The position numbers and the translations under genes were made by a program. Below, one piece after another: positions 40,960 to 53,528 of a stretch of DNA of 64,000 bases; position 1 is the stretch's first letter; each line of letters starts with the position of its first letter. This DNA comes from an uncultured delta proteobacterium. GTDB lineage: Bacteria > Myxococcota > Myxococcia > Myxococcales > Myxococcaceae. The stretch is from the NCBI GenBank assembly GCA_963713045.1, contig CAVQKE010000004.1, positions 320,001 through 384,000 on the forward strand, written 5' to 3'. Under the pieces are notes generated by a model. That model did no database searches, was not told the DNA's origin, and saw only the letters and a list, made by a program, of their open reading frames with translations.

Positions 40960-43566
40960 TCAGCTGCTGGATGCAGTGCCTGGAGCAGCCACCAGGTAGC
41001 GGCGCACGGCTTCGACGACCGCGCGCCGGGCCGCGGGCGTCTCGTAGTCTGGGCCGATGGAGAAGCGCTTCTCCGTCCCTTGGAGAATCCTTCGTTCCAG
41101 GAGATAGGAAATGGCGTTTTCGAGGTTGGTCCGTGACAGCGCCTCCTTGGCCTGGAGGTGCCCCTCCAGGTACTCGGCCTTCCCAATTTCCAGAGCAGTC
41201 CGGAGGAAGGTCCTCTTGTCCATGCTGCCCGAGGATGCCACGTCTTCCAGGCTGAGCGCAGCGAGCAGGTACGACTCGAGGAAGTCGCGCAGCAGCTCGG
41301 CATAGAAGTCCATCGTCTGCGCGGCGTCGGGGCGAGGGGAGACCCGCAGCATGCCGTCCGTCCGCTCGAGAAGGCCCTCGAGCACCAGACGGTCGACGGT
41401 TTCTCGAAAGATGTCCTCGAAGGGCGCACCCACCCGGTACAGAAATTCCACCTTGAAGAGGCGGGACAAGAAAAGGGCTCGCGACTCCACCGACAGCAGG
41501 GTGTCCGTGGGCGGCCCGGCGCGGACTGCTGCCGCCACCAGAGCGCGCGGCGCCACCAGATTCATCAGGTTATTCTTGTAGAAGACCAGCGCCACCCGCT
41601 GGTCCTCATCGGCCTGGTAAACGGGTTGCCCGCGCGCCTCGGTGATGCGGACGGTTTTCTCGCGGGCAAACCCGGCGAGTGCCTCATGAATCGGTCCGGG
41701 AGCAGCCGGGTCCGAGCTCGCGCCGACCAATGCCGCCGACAGCGGCACATGCTCCGACTCAGCGACCCGGCGCAGCACATCCACCCGTGCCGCGAGCTCC
41801 GCCGCTGAAATGCCCCGGCCTCGAAAGGACAGCAGCGCCGTCGCCGCCAGCGCTTGCGGCGTGACGGTGGAGACGCGGGCGATGTCGTACATGACGCGGT
41901 AGGCGAGTGCCCGCACCACAGCACGCTTCTGTTCCTCGGTGACGGAAGCCGGGTCGTCGAGGCCCCGGCTGCGCATCAGCTCGCGAAGTCGGACCGGCGG
42001 AGCGAAGGTGACGTGGATGCGGCCGTAGCGGCGCGCCAGCACCCTGGGCGCGGTCAACAACGCCTTCAAGTCCTCGGGCTTCTTCTCCGCTCCCAGCAGT
42101 TCGCGCGAGTAGCTCTTCGACTCCACCACGTTCTCGTAGTCCATCGACACCGGGATGAAGGCCAAGTCATCCCGCGCCCCGTCCAAAATGGCTTCCACCT
42201 CCCAGGTGAGGAGGCCCAGCTTGGGCGGCAGAAGCTTCCCAGTCCGGGAGCGCCCACCTTCGATGAAGAATTCCTGGTGGACGCCGTCCCGGACCAGCTT
42301 GCGGACGTAGGCCTTGAAGGTGGCGGCGTACACCTTGTCTCCTCCGAAGCTGCGGCGCAGGAAGAAGGCGCCACAGCGGCGCAGGATGGGCCCCAGTGGA
42401 AAGAAGGAGAGGTTGGAGCCAGCGGCCACCAACGGCGCCTGGTAGCCGCGGTGCCACAGCGCCCAGGACAGCACCAGGTAGTCGATGTGACTCTTGTGCG
42501 AGGGGCAAAGGACCACAGGTGCACCCTGTGAGGCGCGCATCGCCCGCTCCAGCCCGGCCTCGTCCACCTCAATGCCGTCGTACATCAGGCGAAAGATGAG
42601 GCTCATCAGTTGGTTGGCCAGCGCCAGCACGGTCGGATGCAGCCGGGCGGCGATGGCGTTGAGGTCCCGGCGCGCCTCCCGCTGGACCGAGTCGAACTTC
42701 CGGCCGGAGGTCTCCGAAATGACTTGCAGGCTGCGGCGCAGGACGCGGTCGCGCAGCGTCTCGTCGATGATGCGCTCGGGCGGCTTGAAGGGTGGGCCGA
42801 AGACGGTCCGCGTCTCGCGGGCCAGGTGCACGTGAAGCGTGCTGCGCACTTTTCTTGCCAAGAGCGCGTCCGAATCCTCAGCGAAGGCCTGCACCAGGGC
42901 GGTCAGGTCCAGGGCTGGTCCCACCCGGAATTGGGCGCGCTTGTAATTGCGGAAGAAGGCCAGCACCGAGTGCAGAAAGCCCGGCGCCTCGGGGCTTCCG
43001 AAGACGTAGTCCGCCCAGGCCGGCTTCAGTCGGACATTCCATTTCTCCCAGACGAAGAGCTCCGGGACCAGGAAGACTGGGCGGTCGCTCTTGCGGGCGA
43101 GCGCCACCAGCGCCGGGAAGGGGTCGTCAGGCCCCGGGCGGCCCAGAGCGCGCCCCAGGACGGTGGACTGCAGAAACACCAGCGCTGAGCCGCCCTTTCG
43201 CTGTGCATACGCGAAGCGGACGGCGCAGGGGCCGGTCTGGGCCATTCGCCGGAAGGGCCGCACCAGCCAGGGGCGCAAATTGACAACCGCCCGCAGCAGC
43301 GGGAGTCCGCGGATGGTGAGTGCCCAGGCAAGGTAGAGGAAATTCACCCAGGAGCTGGTGCGCTGGACATGCACCAAAAAGCCTCGTGCAGAGAGCGCGC
43401 GCCACTCAGCCTCGGCCTCGGCTGAGAAGCGCACCTTGGTGAAGTAGCGGCGTGCCAACCAGCGGCCGACGGCGCCGAATTCTCGCCGCAGGGCTTGCTC
43501 GACTGTCGTGTCGCTACTGGCCAGAGCCGTCTCCATGGGGACGCTGCTGCGGGCCTTGTATTCCAC
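40960..43566 (-). CDS. Glycerol-3-phosphate acyltransferase (PlsB-like)
   Basis: HKSHIDY (HxxxxD), GAFFLRR and FIEGGRSRTGK. Start may be the ATG at 43536. Confidence 0.88.
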   Translation of the reverse strand: MEYKARSSVPMETALASSDTTVEQALRREFGAVGRWLARRYFTKVRFSAEAEAEWRALSARGFLVHVQRTSSWVNFLYLAWALTIRGLPLLRAVVNLRPWLVRPFRRMAQTGPCAVRFAYAQRKGGSALVFLQSTVLGRALGRPGPDDPFPALVALARKSDRPVFLVPELFVWEKWNVRLKPAWADYVFGSPEAPGFLHSVLAFFRNYKRAQFRVGPALDLTALVQAFAEDSDALLARKVRSTLHVHLARETRTVFGPPFKPPERIIDETLRDRVLRRSLQVISETSGRKFDSVQREARRDLNAIAARLHPTVLALANQLMSLIFRLMYDGIEVDEAGLERAMRASQGAPVVLCPSHKSHIDYLVLSWALWHRGYQAPLVAAGSNLSFFPLGPILRRCGAFFLRRSFGGDKVYAATFKAYVRKLVRDGVHQEFFIEGGRSRTGKLLPPKLGLLTWEVEAILDGARDDLAFIPVSMDYENVVESKSYSRELLGAEKKPEDLKALLTAPRVLARRYGRIHVTFAPPVRLRELMRSRGLDDPASVTEEQKRAVVRALAYRVMYDIARVSTVTPQALAATALLSFRGRGISAAELAARVDVLRRVAESEHVPLSAALVGASSDPAAPGPIHEALAGFAREKTVRITEARGQPVYQADEDQRVALVFYKNNLMNLVAPRALVAAAVRAGPPTDTLLSVESRALFLSRLFKVEFLYRVGAPFEDIFRETVDRLVLEGLLERTDGMLRVSPRPDAAQTMDFYAELLRDFLESYLLAALSLEDVASSGSMDKRTFLRTALEIGKAEYLEGHLQAKEALSRTNLENAISYLLERRILQGTEKRFSIGPDYETPAARRAVVEAVRRYLVAAPGTASSS

Positions 43567-43632
43567 CTGGTGGCGGCAAGCGACGCTGGGGCCGCGGGCT
43601 GGCCGCCCCCCAAGGCAGAGGGGGCGGCGGCC

Positions 43633-45345
43633 TCACATGTTGTCGGGCGTCGGAATGCCGAGCAGCGACAGGCCAACCGCCAGCGTGATGCGCACCGCGT
43701 CAGCGAGCAGCAGGCGCGCCGCACGGGTGCGGGCGTCCTCTTCCACCAGCACGCGTTTGGTGCGGTCCTGGTTCCCCAGGGTGTACCAGCGGCTGAATGC
43801 CGCGGCCACGTCCAGCAGGTGGCTGGCGACGAAGGACGGCTCATAGCCGTCGGCGGCCACCCGCACCGCGCGTGGGAAGAGCGCCAGCGCCCGGACCAGC
43901 GCCTCCTCCTCGGGGAGGGTGAGCGCGGAACTCTCGGCTTCGGCCGGGACACCGCCGCCTCGGCTGAGCAGACTACAGGCCCGGGCGTGCGCGTATTGTA
44001 GGTAAGGGCCGGTGTGCCCCTCGAAGCTGAGCACTTCTTCCCAGTCGAAAGTGTAGTCGGAGTTGCGGCGATTTTTGAGGTCGCCGAAGACGACAGCACC
44101 GACGCCCACTTTCTCTGCCAGGGCCTCCGGGTCGTCGGTGTGAATTCTGCCCGCTGCCTGGTTTTCCTTCACCTTCTCCAGCGCCCTGGCCCGGGCCTCG
44201 TCCAGCACGTCGGAGAGAAGCACCACTTCACCCTTACGGGTACTCATGCCAGCGATGCGGCCGAAGGCAACGTGGAGGCAGCGGTCCGCCCACGGCTTGC
44301 CCATCGCCTTCAGCACGCGAAAGACCTGCTCGAAGTGCAGCGCCTGGTCCCGAGCGACGACGTACAGCGCGAGGTTGAAATGAAAGCGCTCCCAGCGGTC
44401 CTCGGCCGCGGCCAAGTCGCGGGTGGCGTAGAGCGTGCTGCCGTCGCTCTTCTTCAGAAGAATGGGAGGTTCGTTCTCACCGTAGGGAAGGTCCACCACC
44501 AGCGCCCCATCGCTTTCGCGGACGCCCACGGTGCGAGCAATTTCCGCAATGACTTGCTCCATCCGCCCCTCGTAGCGGCTCTCGCCTTCGATGTGCTCGA
44601 ATTGAATCCCGAGTCGGGCGTAGAGCGGCTCAAAGCCAGCGAGCGACGTGTCCCGCAATTCCTGCCACAGGCGGAGCGCCTCAGCGTCGCCCTTCTCCAT
44701 CCGCCGGAAGAAGGCGCGTGCCTGCTCGTCGAAGGCCGGGTCGGCCTCGGCCCGGGCGTTGGCCTTGACGTAAACCTCCACCAGATGGGCCATGTCCCGC
44801 CGCTGGGCGGGGTCGCCAAACAGCTCAAACCCCGCCGCCACCAAGCCAAACTGCTTGCCCCAGTCGCCCAGGTAGTTGATGCCTTCCACCCGCCACCCCA
44901 GGTGACGGTAGAGGTTGGCCAGCGCATGGCCGAGCACCGTGGTGCGGATGTGGTGAAAGCCGATGGGCTTGGCGATGTTGGGCGAGCTGTAGTCAATGAC
45001 GACTGTCTTTCCGACGCCCTCCGCGCCTCCGCCGTAGCGCTGCTGCGCGCTTCGAATTTCGGCCAGCACCGCCGCGACAAAGGGTGCGTTGACAAAGCGG
45101 GCGTTGACGTAGGGCCCGGCGGCCGTGATGGACACGTCGGGCAGGTGCACCGTCGCCGCGAGCTGGCTGGCGATGGCGGCCGGCGCCTTGCGCAGCGTTT
45201 TCGCCAGCCCAAACGTCGGGAAACTTAAGTCCCCATGCGCCGCCTCGGCCGGTTTGACCAGGGGCAGCACCTCTTCCAGCGGGAGGTTGAGAGCGGTGGC
45301 CAGCCCCTGGGCGAAAGCCTGGGTCAGCGTTTGGTGGACGGACAA
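43633..45345 (-). CDS. argS: Arginine--tRNA ligase
   Basis: DYSSPNIAKP, NYLGDWGKQFG, YATRDLAA, MSTRKG and GPYLQYAHAR. Confidence 0.96.
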   Translation of the reverse strand: MSVHQTLTQAFAQGLATALNLPLEEVLPLVKPAEAAHGDLSFPTFGLAKTLRKAPAAIASQLAATVHLPDVSITAAGPYVNARFVNAPFVAAVLAEIRSAQQRYGGGAEGVGKTVVIDYSSPNIAKPIGFHHIRTTVLGHALANLYRHLGWRVEGINYLGDWGKQFGLVAAGFELFGDPAQRRDMAHLVEVYVKANARAEADPAFDEQARAFFRRMEKGDAEALRLWQELRDTSLAGFEPLYARLGIQFEHIEGESRYEGRMEQVIAEIARTVGVRESDGALVVDLPYGENEPPILLKKSDGSTLYATRDLAAAEDRWERFHFNLALYVVARDQALHFEQVFRVLKAMGKPWADRCLHVAFGRIAGMSTRKGEVVLLSDVLDEARARALEKVKENQAAGRIHTDDPEALAEKVGVGAVVFGDLKNRRNSDYTFDWEEVLSFEGHTGPYLQYAHARACSLLSRGGGVPAEAESSALTLPEEEALVRALALFPRAVRVAADGYEPSFVASHLLDVAAAFSRWYTLGNQDRTKRVLVEEDARTRAARLLLADAVRITLAVGLSLLGIPTPDNM

Positions 45346-45384
45346 AGGCCGGTTGCTCCTTTCAAAAGACGGGCGGGGGAGGGC

Positions 45385-46125
45385 TCAGCTCGCCTCAGGC
45401 GCGCCGCGCCGCTTGAGGACGCCGGCCTTGTCCACGAAAAACGAGTCCGGCAGCAGGCCCTCCACCTTCTCGCGGAAGCCCTGAACGCCGAAGCCGCTGT
45501 CGGCGAGGGCCTCGATGGCGGCCACTTGGACGCGGCGTCCGGTGTCCGGGGCCGTCAGAAGCTGAAGCATCGGCTCGCGGGCCGGCGGGTACTTGAAGGG
45601 CCCCAAGGTGTGCAGGGCGGCAATTCGGACGTCGTCGGCCATGTCCTCCAGAAAGGGCAGCGCGGCAGGGGCAATGCGCGGGTCGTCCTTTCCAGCCAGC
45701 CAATTCAAGAGGACCAGACGCTTCTCTGGATTGCGGGTGTAGCCCTGGGCCAGCGTTTGCAGCTGACCGACGAGGACGCCCACCACTTCCGGCTCGGGCA
45801 GCAGCGCGGCGAGCAGCCGGACCGCCCAGCTGCTGGCCAGGTCGGTCCGGGCGAGAAATTCCGTCACGCTGGGGACGGCGGCGGCGCCGCGGGCACGCAC
45901 CAACTCGAAGGCTTGGTCCTTTTCATCGGCGTCGGTGGTTTGCGGTTCAACGGTGATGGTGAAGCGCGACAGAAGGACGCTGACCGCCTCAGGAAACTGC
46001 ATCTCGCCCAGTTGCTGAAGGGCCTTCTGGCGAGCCAACGGGTCCCCGTACTTCTGGGTGACCTTGGCCTTCAGTTTGAGAGCCTTGGCGGGGCCGCTGC
46101 CCCCGAGGAAGTCCAGAATGCCCAT
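45385..46125 (-). CDS. HEAT-repeat protein
   Basis: Repeated DxDVRxAAxxxLG-like helical units. Confidence 0.75.
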   Translation of the reverse strand: MGILDFLGGSGPAKALKLKAKVTQKYGDPLARQKALQQLGEMQFPEAVSVLLSRFTITVEPQTTDADEKDQAFELVRARGAAAVPSVTEFLARTDLASSWAVRLLAALLPEPEVVGVLVGQLQTLAQGYTRNPEKRLVLLNWLAGKDDPRIAPAALPFLEDMADDVRIAALHTLGPFKYPPAREPMLQLLTAPDTGRRVQVAAIEALADSGFGVQGFREKVEGLLPDSFFVDKAGVLKRRGAPEAS

Positions 46126-46135
46126 GGTGCTTTCC

Positions 46136-46564
46136 TCAAGACCCCAAGTATTGGAGCACCACCTCGCGGCGATGAGGCCGGTGGCGGTGCTCGAAGAGAT
46201 AGATGCCTTGCCAGGTGCCGAGGGCGAGCTGCCCCTGCATCACCGGGATGCAGAGGTTGCTCTGCGTCAGGGCCGCTCGGACGTGCGCCGGCATGTCGTC
46301 TGCCCCCTCGGCGGTGTGTCGAAACAGCGGGTCGCCGTCTGGCACCAGTCGGGCAAAGAAGCGGTTGAGGTCAGCCAGCACTTCCGGGTCGGCGTTCTCC
46401 TGCAGCAGGAGGCTGGCCGAGGTGTGGCGACAGAAGAGAGTCAGCAGTCCCGAGGCAGTGTCCCCCGATGCCAGCGTAGCGACCCAGTCCTTCACTGCGT
46501 CGGTGAAGGGAAGCAGTCCCCGGCCGGGCGTCTGCAGGACGAGGATGTTGGACTGGGAGCGCAT
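46136..46564 (-). CDS. YjbQ/UPF0047 family protein
   Basis: HTSASL, ENADP, DDMPAHV and LGTWQGIYLFEH. Confidence 0.92.
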   Translation of the reverse strand: MRSQSNILVLQTPGRGLLPFTDAVKDWVATLASGDTASGLLTLFCRHTSASLLLQENADPEVLADLNRFFARLVPDGDPLFRHTAEGADDMPAHVRAALTQSNLCIPVMQGQLALGTWQGIYLFEHRHRPHRREVVLQYLGS

Positions 46565-46682
46565 CGACGGACAGCGTTCTACCAGCAAACTTCCCCGGGG
46601 AGAGGGACACGCAGTCGCGGCCGGGCGGGGCGTTTGCTCGGGGGTGGCGGCCCCGCGGCGGCGGTGGGGCGTCCAGCGTGGG

Positions 46683-47807
46683 TTACAGCCGCAAGCTCGA
46701 GCGGACATCGCCGCGGTAGGCGGTCCGCAGTGCGTCGGCGATGGCCTTGGTTTCGGCGGTCGGACGCTCCGGGACGAGGACTTTCAGTTCCAGGTAAAGG
46801 TCGCCCCGCCCGTTGCCCTTGAGTGCCGGCACGCCCTGGCCTTTGAGTCGCAGCTTGCGGCCGGCCTGGCTGCCGGCGGGGACGCTGACCGTGACTTCTC
46901 CGTTGAAGGTGGGCACGCGGACTTCGGCGCCCGACAGCGCCTCGGGAATGGTGACTGGCAACTCCATCGTCAAGTCATCGCCGTCCCTGCGGACCAGGGG
47001 GTGGGGCTCCACTTCGGTTTCCAGGTAGAGGTCTCCTGGCGGCCCGCCATGGGTCCCAGCGGCGCCCTGGCCGGGGAGGCGGACTTGCGAGCCATTCTGG
47101 ACCCCGGGGGGAATCTTCACCGTCACCCGGACGGTATGCTCCACCACGCCCGAGCCGCCGCAGACGTCGCACACCGGCGCGACTTTCCCCGTCCCGCCGC
47201 ATTCGGGGCAGGGCGTGGACAGGGAGAGCGGACCGCGACCCTGCTTGATGCGACCGGTGCCCCCGCAGGTGGGACACGTCTTGGGCTTACCGATGTGGCC
47301 CGAGCCATGGCACTTCTTGCATTCCTCGGGCCGTTCAATGGAGAGCGCGCGCTCGGTCCCCCGCACTGCCTCGCGCAAGCTGATGCGGACGCGCGCATGG
47401 AGGTCCTCGCCTCGGGAGGGCCCCTCGGCGCGTGCCCGAAAGGGGCCGCCGTCTTCGCCCCGGTTAAAGAGGTCTCCAAAAATGTCACTGAAGTCGAACC
47501 CCCCGTCGGGACCCTCCGGCGGACGGTGAGTGGCCTGCTCACGGTAGGCGCGATAGGCCTCGGCCTTCTTGGGGTCGAACCCCATTTTTGCGGCGTCCTC
47601 GCCAAACTCGTCGTACAGGGCACGCTTTTTCGGGTCGCTGAGGACTTCAAACGCACCGGACAGCTGCTTGAACTTCTCCTCCGCAGCCTTGTTCCCTTGG
47701 TTGACGTCCGGGTGGTGCTTGCGCGCCAGCTTCCGGTAGGCCTTCTTGATTTCGTCCTGACTCGCCGTGCGAGCGACGCCCAGGACTCGGTAGTAGTCTT
47801 CTGCCAT
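46683..47807 (-). CDS. dnaJ: Chaperone DnaJ
   Basis: [11 protein letters not shown], four CxxCxGxG repeats and GDLY. Confidence 0.93.
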   Translation of the reverse strand: MAEDYYRVLGVARTASQDEIKKAYRKLARKHHPDVNQGNKAAEEKFKQLSGAFEVLSDPKKRALYDEFGEDAAKMGFDPKKAEAYRAYREQATHRPPEGPDGGFDFSDIFGDLFNRGEDGGPFRARAEGPSRGEDLHARVRISLREAVRGTERALSIERPEECKKCHGSGHIGKPKTCPTCGGTGRIKQGRGPLSLSTPCPECGGTGKVAPVCDVCGGSGVVEHTVRVTVKIPPGVQNGSQVRLPGQGAAGTHGGPPGDLYLETEVEPHPLVRRDGDDLTMELPVTIPEALSGAEVRVPTFNGEVTVSVPAGSQAGRKLRLKGQGVPALKGNGRGDLYLELKVLVPERPTAETKAIADALRTAYRGDVRSSLRL

Positions 47808-48492
47808 GGGCTCCCTGGGCGGGCAGCTTAACCCGCTGAAACTCCGGCGCCAGCGTCGTCTGTACGCCGCGCTGGTGGTGTTGGCGGCGACTGCTTCTTC
47901 GGCCGAGGTGCTGGACCGCGTGGTGGCCCAAGTGGACGGACAGGTCATCACTCTCAGCGACTTGCGCTTCGAGGCGCGGGTGGCGATGGTGGAGCGGGGA
48001 GGAGCGTCGCTGGCGAACACGCCGCTGGATGAGGCCACCTTGCGCAGCGCGCTCGAGCTGGCCATCGCCCAGCGAGCGGCCGGCGCCGAGGCCGACCGGC
48101 TGGGAAGCTTTCCGCTGGAGGCTGGGGACGTCGCGGCTCGCCTGCAGCGCTTCGAAAGCCACTTTCCGGACCACCCGGCGTTCGAGCGCTTCCTGCAGGG
48201 CTCCGGAGCCGACCTCAGCCAGCTGAGGGAAGTCCTCGGCCGGGCCCTCCGGGCGGAACGGGCGCTGGACGCGCAGGTGCGGCTGCGGGCGCAGGTCAGT
48301 GACGCTGAGGTTCGGCACGCCTGGGAAGCCGAGGGCAGCCCGGGGTCCTTCGAGGAGGCGCGTGCCGGACTGCGCGAGCAGCTGTTGCGCCAGCGCTACG
48401 AGGCGGCGGCCCGCGAGGAGCTGGCCAAGCTCCGGGCGGCGGCGCAAGTTCGGATTGTGGCTCCGCCCGGCGAGCTGGCGGAGACGCGGTGA
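47806..48492 (+). CDS. Exported SurA N-terminal-like protein
   Basis: Signal-like [15 protein letters not shown] followed by [20 protein letters not shown]. No parvulin domain seen. Start uncertain. Confidence 0.65.
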   Translation: MGSLGGQLNPLKLRRQRRLYAALVVLAATASSAEVLDRVVAQVDGQVITLSDLRFEARVAMVERGGASLANTPLDEATLRSALELAIAQRAAGAEADRLGSFPLEAGDVAARLQRFESHFPDHPAFERFLQGSGADLSQLREVLGRALRAERALDAQVRLRAQVSDAEVRHAWEAEGSPGSFEEARAGLREQLLRQRYEAAAREELAKLRAAAQVRIVAPPGELAETR

Positions 48493-48965
48493 GGAAGCTC
48501 GAGGAGCACCCCTCGTTTCACGTCCGGGCGATGACCGCCGGCGACCTGACCCGGGTGCTGGAAATCGAGCAGGTCGCCTTCCGCAACCCGTGGAGCGCGG
48601 ACCTTCTGCGTCGCGAGCTGGGACATGACTGGTCGACCATTTTGGTGGCCGAGGAGGCCGGGCCCCGCGGGCAGATGACGTTGGTGGGCTTCGTCATCTT
48701 CTGGATTGTCCATGAGGAGCTGCACGTGCTGAACGTGGCCACTGCCCCTGAACACCGGAACCGCGGGGTGGCGCGGACGGTGCTGGAGTCCGCTTTGGAC
48801 CAAGGGCGCGAGAAGCGCTGCACCCTGGCCACCCTCGAGGTGCGTCGCAGCAATGCCGCTGCTCTGGCCTTGTACCGGGACTTTGGCTTCCGCCCGGTAG
48901 GAATCCGCCCCAACTACTATGTGGACGAGGGGGAGGACGCCATCGTCATGGTCCTCGACCTCTGA
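48489..48965 (+). CDS. rimI: Ribosomal protein S18 alanine N-acetyltransferase
   Basis: PWS, TLEVRRSN, LYRDFGF, RPNYY and EDAIVM. Confidence 0.9.
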   Translation: MRKLEEHPSFHVRAMTAGDLTRVLEIEQVAFRNPWSADLLRRELGHDWSTILVAEEAGPRGQMTLVGFVIFWIVHEELHVLNVATAPEHRNRGVARTVLESALDQGREKRCTLATLEVRRSNAAALALYRDFGFRPVGIRPNYYVDEGEDAIVMVLDL

Positions 48966-49062
48966 GCAAGCACCGACCGCCGCCCACCTCCGGACTTCAG
49001 CTGCCATTCTGCTGAAAACGTCCCGCGGCCCGCTGGCGACGCTGCGCTTTTTTCAGCGACGC

Positions 49063-49090
49063 TTGACTCCGGCACAGCCACCGCTATAAC
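49063..49090 (+). promoter_or_regulatory. Putative sigma70 promoter of the str operon
   Basis: TTGACT, 16 nt, TATAAC, followed by GC-rich CAGCGCCC (discriminator-like). Confidence 0.65.
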
Positions 49091-49176
49091 CAGCGCCCTT
49101 TTTCCGGAGGGTCCGGGTCAGGCGGTTTCTGCCCTGCGGACGCGCTTTGGGAAAGTCCCCGAGGGAACCCCATAGG

Positions 49177-49548
49177 ATGCCGACGATTAGCCAGCTCGTC
49201 CGAAAAGGACGCGAGAAGCTGAAGGTGAAGGGCAAGAGCCCGGCGCTGAAGGACTCGCCGCAAAAGCGCGGAGTCTGCACCCGCGTCTACACCACCACTC
49301 CCAAGAAGCCGAACTCCGCGCTGCGCAAGGTGGCGCGTGTCCGACTGACCAATGGCATCGAAGTGACGTCCTACATTCCCGGTGTGGGCCACAACCTTCA
49401 GGAGCACTCGGTGGTGATGATTCGCGGCGGCCGAGTCAAGGACTTGCCGGGCGTTCGCTACCACATCATCCGCGGCACGCTCGACTCGGTGGGCGTGCAG
49501 GGCCGCAAGCAGGGGCGCAGCAAGTACGGCGCCAAGCGGCCGAGCTGA
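49177..49548 (+). CDS. rpsL: 30S ribosomal protein S12
   Basis: [20 protein letters not shown] and GGRVKDLPG. Confidence 0.98.
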   Translation: MPTISQLVRKGREKLKVKGKSPALKDSPQKRGVCTRVYTTTPKKPNSALRKVARVRLTNGIEVTSYIPGVGHNLQEHSVVMIRGGRVKDLPGVRYHIIRGTLDSVGVQGRKQGRSKYGAKRPS

Positions 49549-49596
49549 GCTGCCGTCACCTTCTTGTCTCCAGCAGAGAGAAAGTCAGAGTAACAG

Positions 49597-50067
49597 ATGC
49601 CCCGTCGCCGTGTTGTCGCCAAGCGCAAAATCCTCGCTGACCCGAAGTACCAGGACCGGCTGGTCACCAAGTTCGTCAACGATTTGATGCGCAAGGGCAA
49701 GAAGTCCATCGCCGAGCGCGTTTGCTACGGCGCCTTCGCGTTGATTGAGGAGCGCGCCAAAGAGGAGCCGCTGCGCACCTTCAAGAAGGCCCTCGACAAC
49801 GTCAAGCCGGTGCTTGAGGTGAAGAGCCGGCGGGTCGGCGGAGCCACCTACCAGGTACCAGTCGAGGTCCGTCAGGACCGCCGCGTCGCGCTCGGGATGC
49901 GCTGGCTGATTCAGTACGCCAAGGCGCGCGGGGAGAAGACGATGGAGGAGAAGCTGGCCGGGGAGATTATGGACGCGGCCAACAACCGCGGGAATGCCGT
50001 CAAGAAGCGCGAGGACACGCACAAGATGGCCGAGGCCAACAAGGCCTTTGCCCATTACCGCTGGTGA
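49597..50067 (+). CDS. rpsG: 30S ribosomal protein S7
   Basis: [11 protein letters not shown] and [15 protein letters not shown]. Confidence 0.98.
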   Translation: MPRRRVVAKRKILADPKYQDRLVTKFVNDLMRKGKKSIAERVCYGAFALIEERAKEEPLRTFKKALDNVKPVLEVKSRRVGGATYQVPVEVRQDRRVALGMRWLIQYAKARGEKTMEEKLAGEIMDAANNRGNAVKKREDTHKMAEANKAFAHYRW

Positions 50068-50194
50068 GGTCGCCCGGGCGGACCCCTGGAATGTCCGGGG
50101 GGTCGGTCCGGAGGTGAAGCCGTTGTTGGCTGGGGCGCACTCAAAAGCGTGCGCCGCGGACTCAGCCGGTGGCCCTTTTTCGAGAGTCCCTTCG

Positions 50195-52288
50195 ATGCCC
50201 CGCGAGTACCCGCTCGAGCGTTACCGGAACATCGGCATCATGGCGCACATTGATGCCGGGAAGACGACCACCACCGAGCGCATCCTTTATTACACCGGCG
50301 CCATCCACAAGATGGGTGACGTCGACGAGGGAAATACCACCACCGACTGGATGGTGCAGGAGCGCGAGCGCGGCATCACCATCACCGCCGCCGCCATCAC
50401 CGCCTTCTGGAACCGGAATGGGCAGAAATACCGCCTCAACCTGATTGACACCCCGGGCCACGTCGACTTCACCATCGAAGTCGAGCGTTCGCTGCGGGTG
50501 CTGGACGGAGCCATCGCCGTGTTTGACGGCGTCAACGGGGTGGAGCCGCAGAGCGAGACGGTGTGGCGCCAGGCCGACCGCTATGGCGTGCCGCGGATTT
50601 GCTTCGTCAACAAGATGGACCGCACCGGCGCCGACTTCGAGATGTCGGTGAAGTCCATCCACGACAAGCTGGGCGCCCACGCGGTGCCGCTTCAACTGCC
50701 ACTGGGCAGCGAGGCGGAGCACCGCGGCGTGGTGGACCTGGTGAGGATGAAGGCCCTGGTCTTCCCCGAGGGCGAGCTGGGCGTCCGCTACGACCAGGTG
50801 GACATCCCGCTGGAGCTCTTGCCGCGGGCTGCCGAAGCCAGAGCCCGTCTCGTCGAGGCGGCTGCCGACCAAGACGACGCCGTGATGCACGCCTACCTCG
50901 AAGGCAAGGAGCCTTCCGAAGCGGACTTGCGGCGCGCCATCCGTCGGGGTTGCATCGCCCGGAAGCTGTTTCCGGTGCTGTGCGGCTCGGCCTTCAAATT
51001 CAAAGGCGTCCAGCCTCTGTTGGATGCGGTGGTGGACTACTTGCCGTCGCCTTTGGACATCCCTCCGGTGCACGGCAAGGACAGTCGAGGCAACGATGTG
51101 GTGCGGGAGACCCGGGACGACGCACCGTTCAGCGCCTTGGCCTTCAAAATCATGACCGACCCCTTCGTCGGGACGCTGACTTTCATCCGCGTCTATTCCG
51201 GCCGCCTGGCCGCCGGAGCGGCGGTGTGGAATTCGGTGAAGCAGAAGCGGGAGCGCATCGGCCGGCTGGTGCAGATGCGGGCCGATAAGCGGGACGAAAT
51301 TGACGAAGTGCTGGCCGGGGACATTGCCGCGGTGGTTGGGCTGAAGGGCGCCACCACCGGCGACACGCTGTGCGAGGAGGGGCGCCCCATCATCCTCGAG
51401 AGGATGGAGTTCCCAGAGCCGGTCATCGACATCGCCATCGAGCCCAAGACGGTCGCCGACCAGGACAAGCTGGGCGCCTCGCTGGCGAAATTGGCCATCG
51501 AGGACCCGAGCTTCCGGGTGCGGGTGGACAGCGAAAGCGGGCAGACCATCATCGCCGGGATGGGGGAGCTGCACCTGGAGATTATTGTCGACCGGCTGCT
51601 TCGGGAGTTCAAAGTCGACGCCAACGTCGGCAAGCCTCAGGTGGCCTACCGGGAGACCATTACTCGCCAGGTGGAGGCGGAGGGGAAGTACATCCGGCAG
51701 TCGGGGGGCAAGGGCCAATACGGGCACATCTGGCTGCGGCTTGCGCCGAATGAAGCGGGCAAGGGTCTGCACTTCGAAAACGAAATTGTCGGCGGGAAAA
51801 TCCCGCGGGAATTCGTCGCCGCGGCCGCACGCGGAGTGGCCGAGTCGATGCAGTCCGGCGGGCTGGCCGGCTACCCGCTGGTGGACCTCCGGGTGAGCGC
51901 TTTCGACGGAAGCTTCCACGAGGTCGACTCGAGTGAAGTCGCCTTCAAGATTGCCGGTTCGATGGCACTCCGGGACGGCGTGGCACGGGCCGGTCCGGTG
52001 CTGCTGGAGCCGGTGATGGCTTGTGAGGTGGTGACGCCTGACGAATTCATGGGCGACGTCATCGGTGACCTGAACGCTCGCCGCGGGAAAATATTGGGCA
52101 TGGGGCCGCGACCGGGCGGCGTCCAAGTCATTGACGCCCAGGTTCCGCTGGCGACGATGTTCGGCTATTCCACCGACTTGCGCTCGCGAACCCAAGGGCG
52201 GGCCACCTACACCATGCAGTTCAGCCACTACGCTCAAGTCCCAAAGGCGATCGCCGACGAGATTATCGCCCGGGTGCGGGGGCACTGA
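50195..52288 (+). CDS. fusA: Elongation factor G
   Basis: [24 protein letters not shown] and GMGELHL. Confidence 0.98.
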   Translation: MPREYPLERYRNIGIMAHIDAGKTTTTERILYYTGAIHKMGDVDEGNTTTDWMVQERERGITITAAAITAFWNRNGQKYRLNLIDTPGHVDFTIEVERSLRVLDGAIAVFDGVNGVEPQSETVWRQADRYGVPRICFVNKMDRTGADFEMSVKSIHDKLGAHAVPLQLPLGSEAEHRGVVDLVRMKALVFPEGELGVRYDQVDIPLELLPRAAEARARLVEAAADQDDAVMHAYLEGKEPSEADLRRAIRRGCIARKLFPVLCGSAFKFKGVQPLLDAVVDYLPSPLDIPPVHGKDSRGNDVVRETRDDAPFSALAFKIMTDPFVGTLTFIRVYSGRLAAGAAVWNSVKQKRERIGRLVQMRADKRDEIDEVLAGDIAAVVGLKGATTGDTLCEEGRPIILERMEFPEPVIDIAIEPKTVADQDKLGASLAKLAIEDPSFRVRVDSESGQTIIAGMGELHLEIIVDRLLREFKVDANVGKPQVAYRETITRQVEAEGKYIRQSGGKGQYGHIWLRLAPNEAGKGLHFENEIVGGKIPREFVAAAARGVAESMQSGGLAGYPLVDLRVSAFDGSFHEVDSSEVAFKIAGSMALRDGVARAGPVLLEPVMACEVVTPDEFMGDVIGDLNARRGKILGMGPRPGGVQVIDAQVPLATMFGYSTDLRSRTQGRATYTMQFSHYAQVPKAIADEIIARVRGH

Positions 52289-52307
52289 CCGAGGAGGGGA
52301 GAGCGCC

Positions 52308-53498
<1,191 letters not shown>

Positions 53499-53528
53499 CG
53501 GCTTTCCTCGCGGGGCAGCTTTGGGGAC

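Noticed and set aside
49091..49176. tRNA or ncRNA in the rpsL leader or other spacers
   Set aside because: No cloverleaf, T-loop or CCA pattern recognised.
49177..49548. Streptomycin-resistance substitutions in S12
   Set aside because: The PKKPNS and RVKDLP lysines are wild-type.
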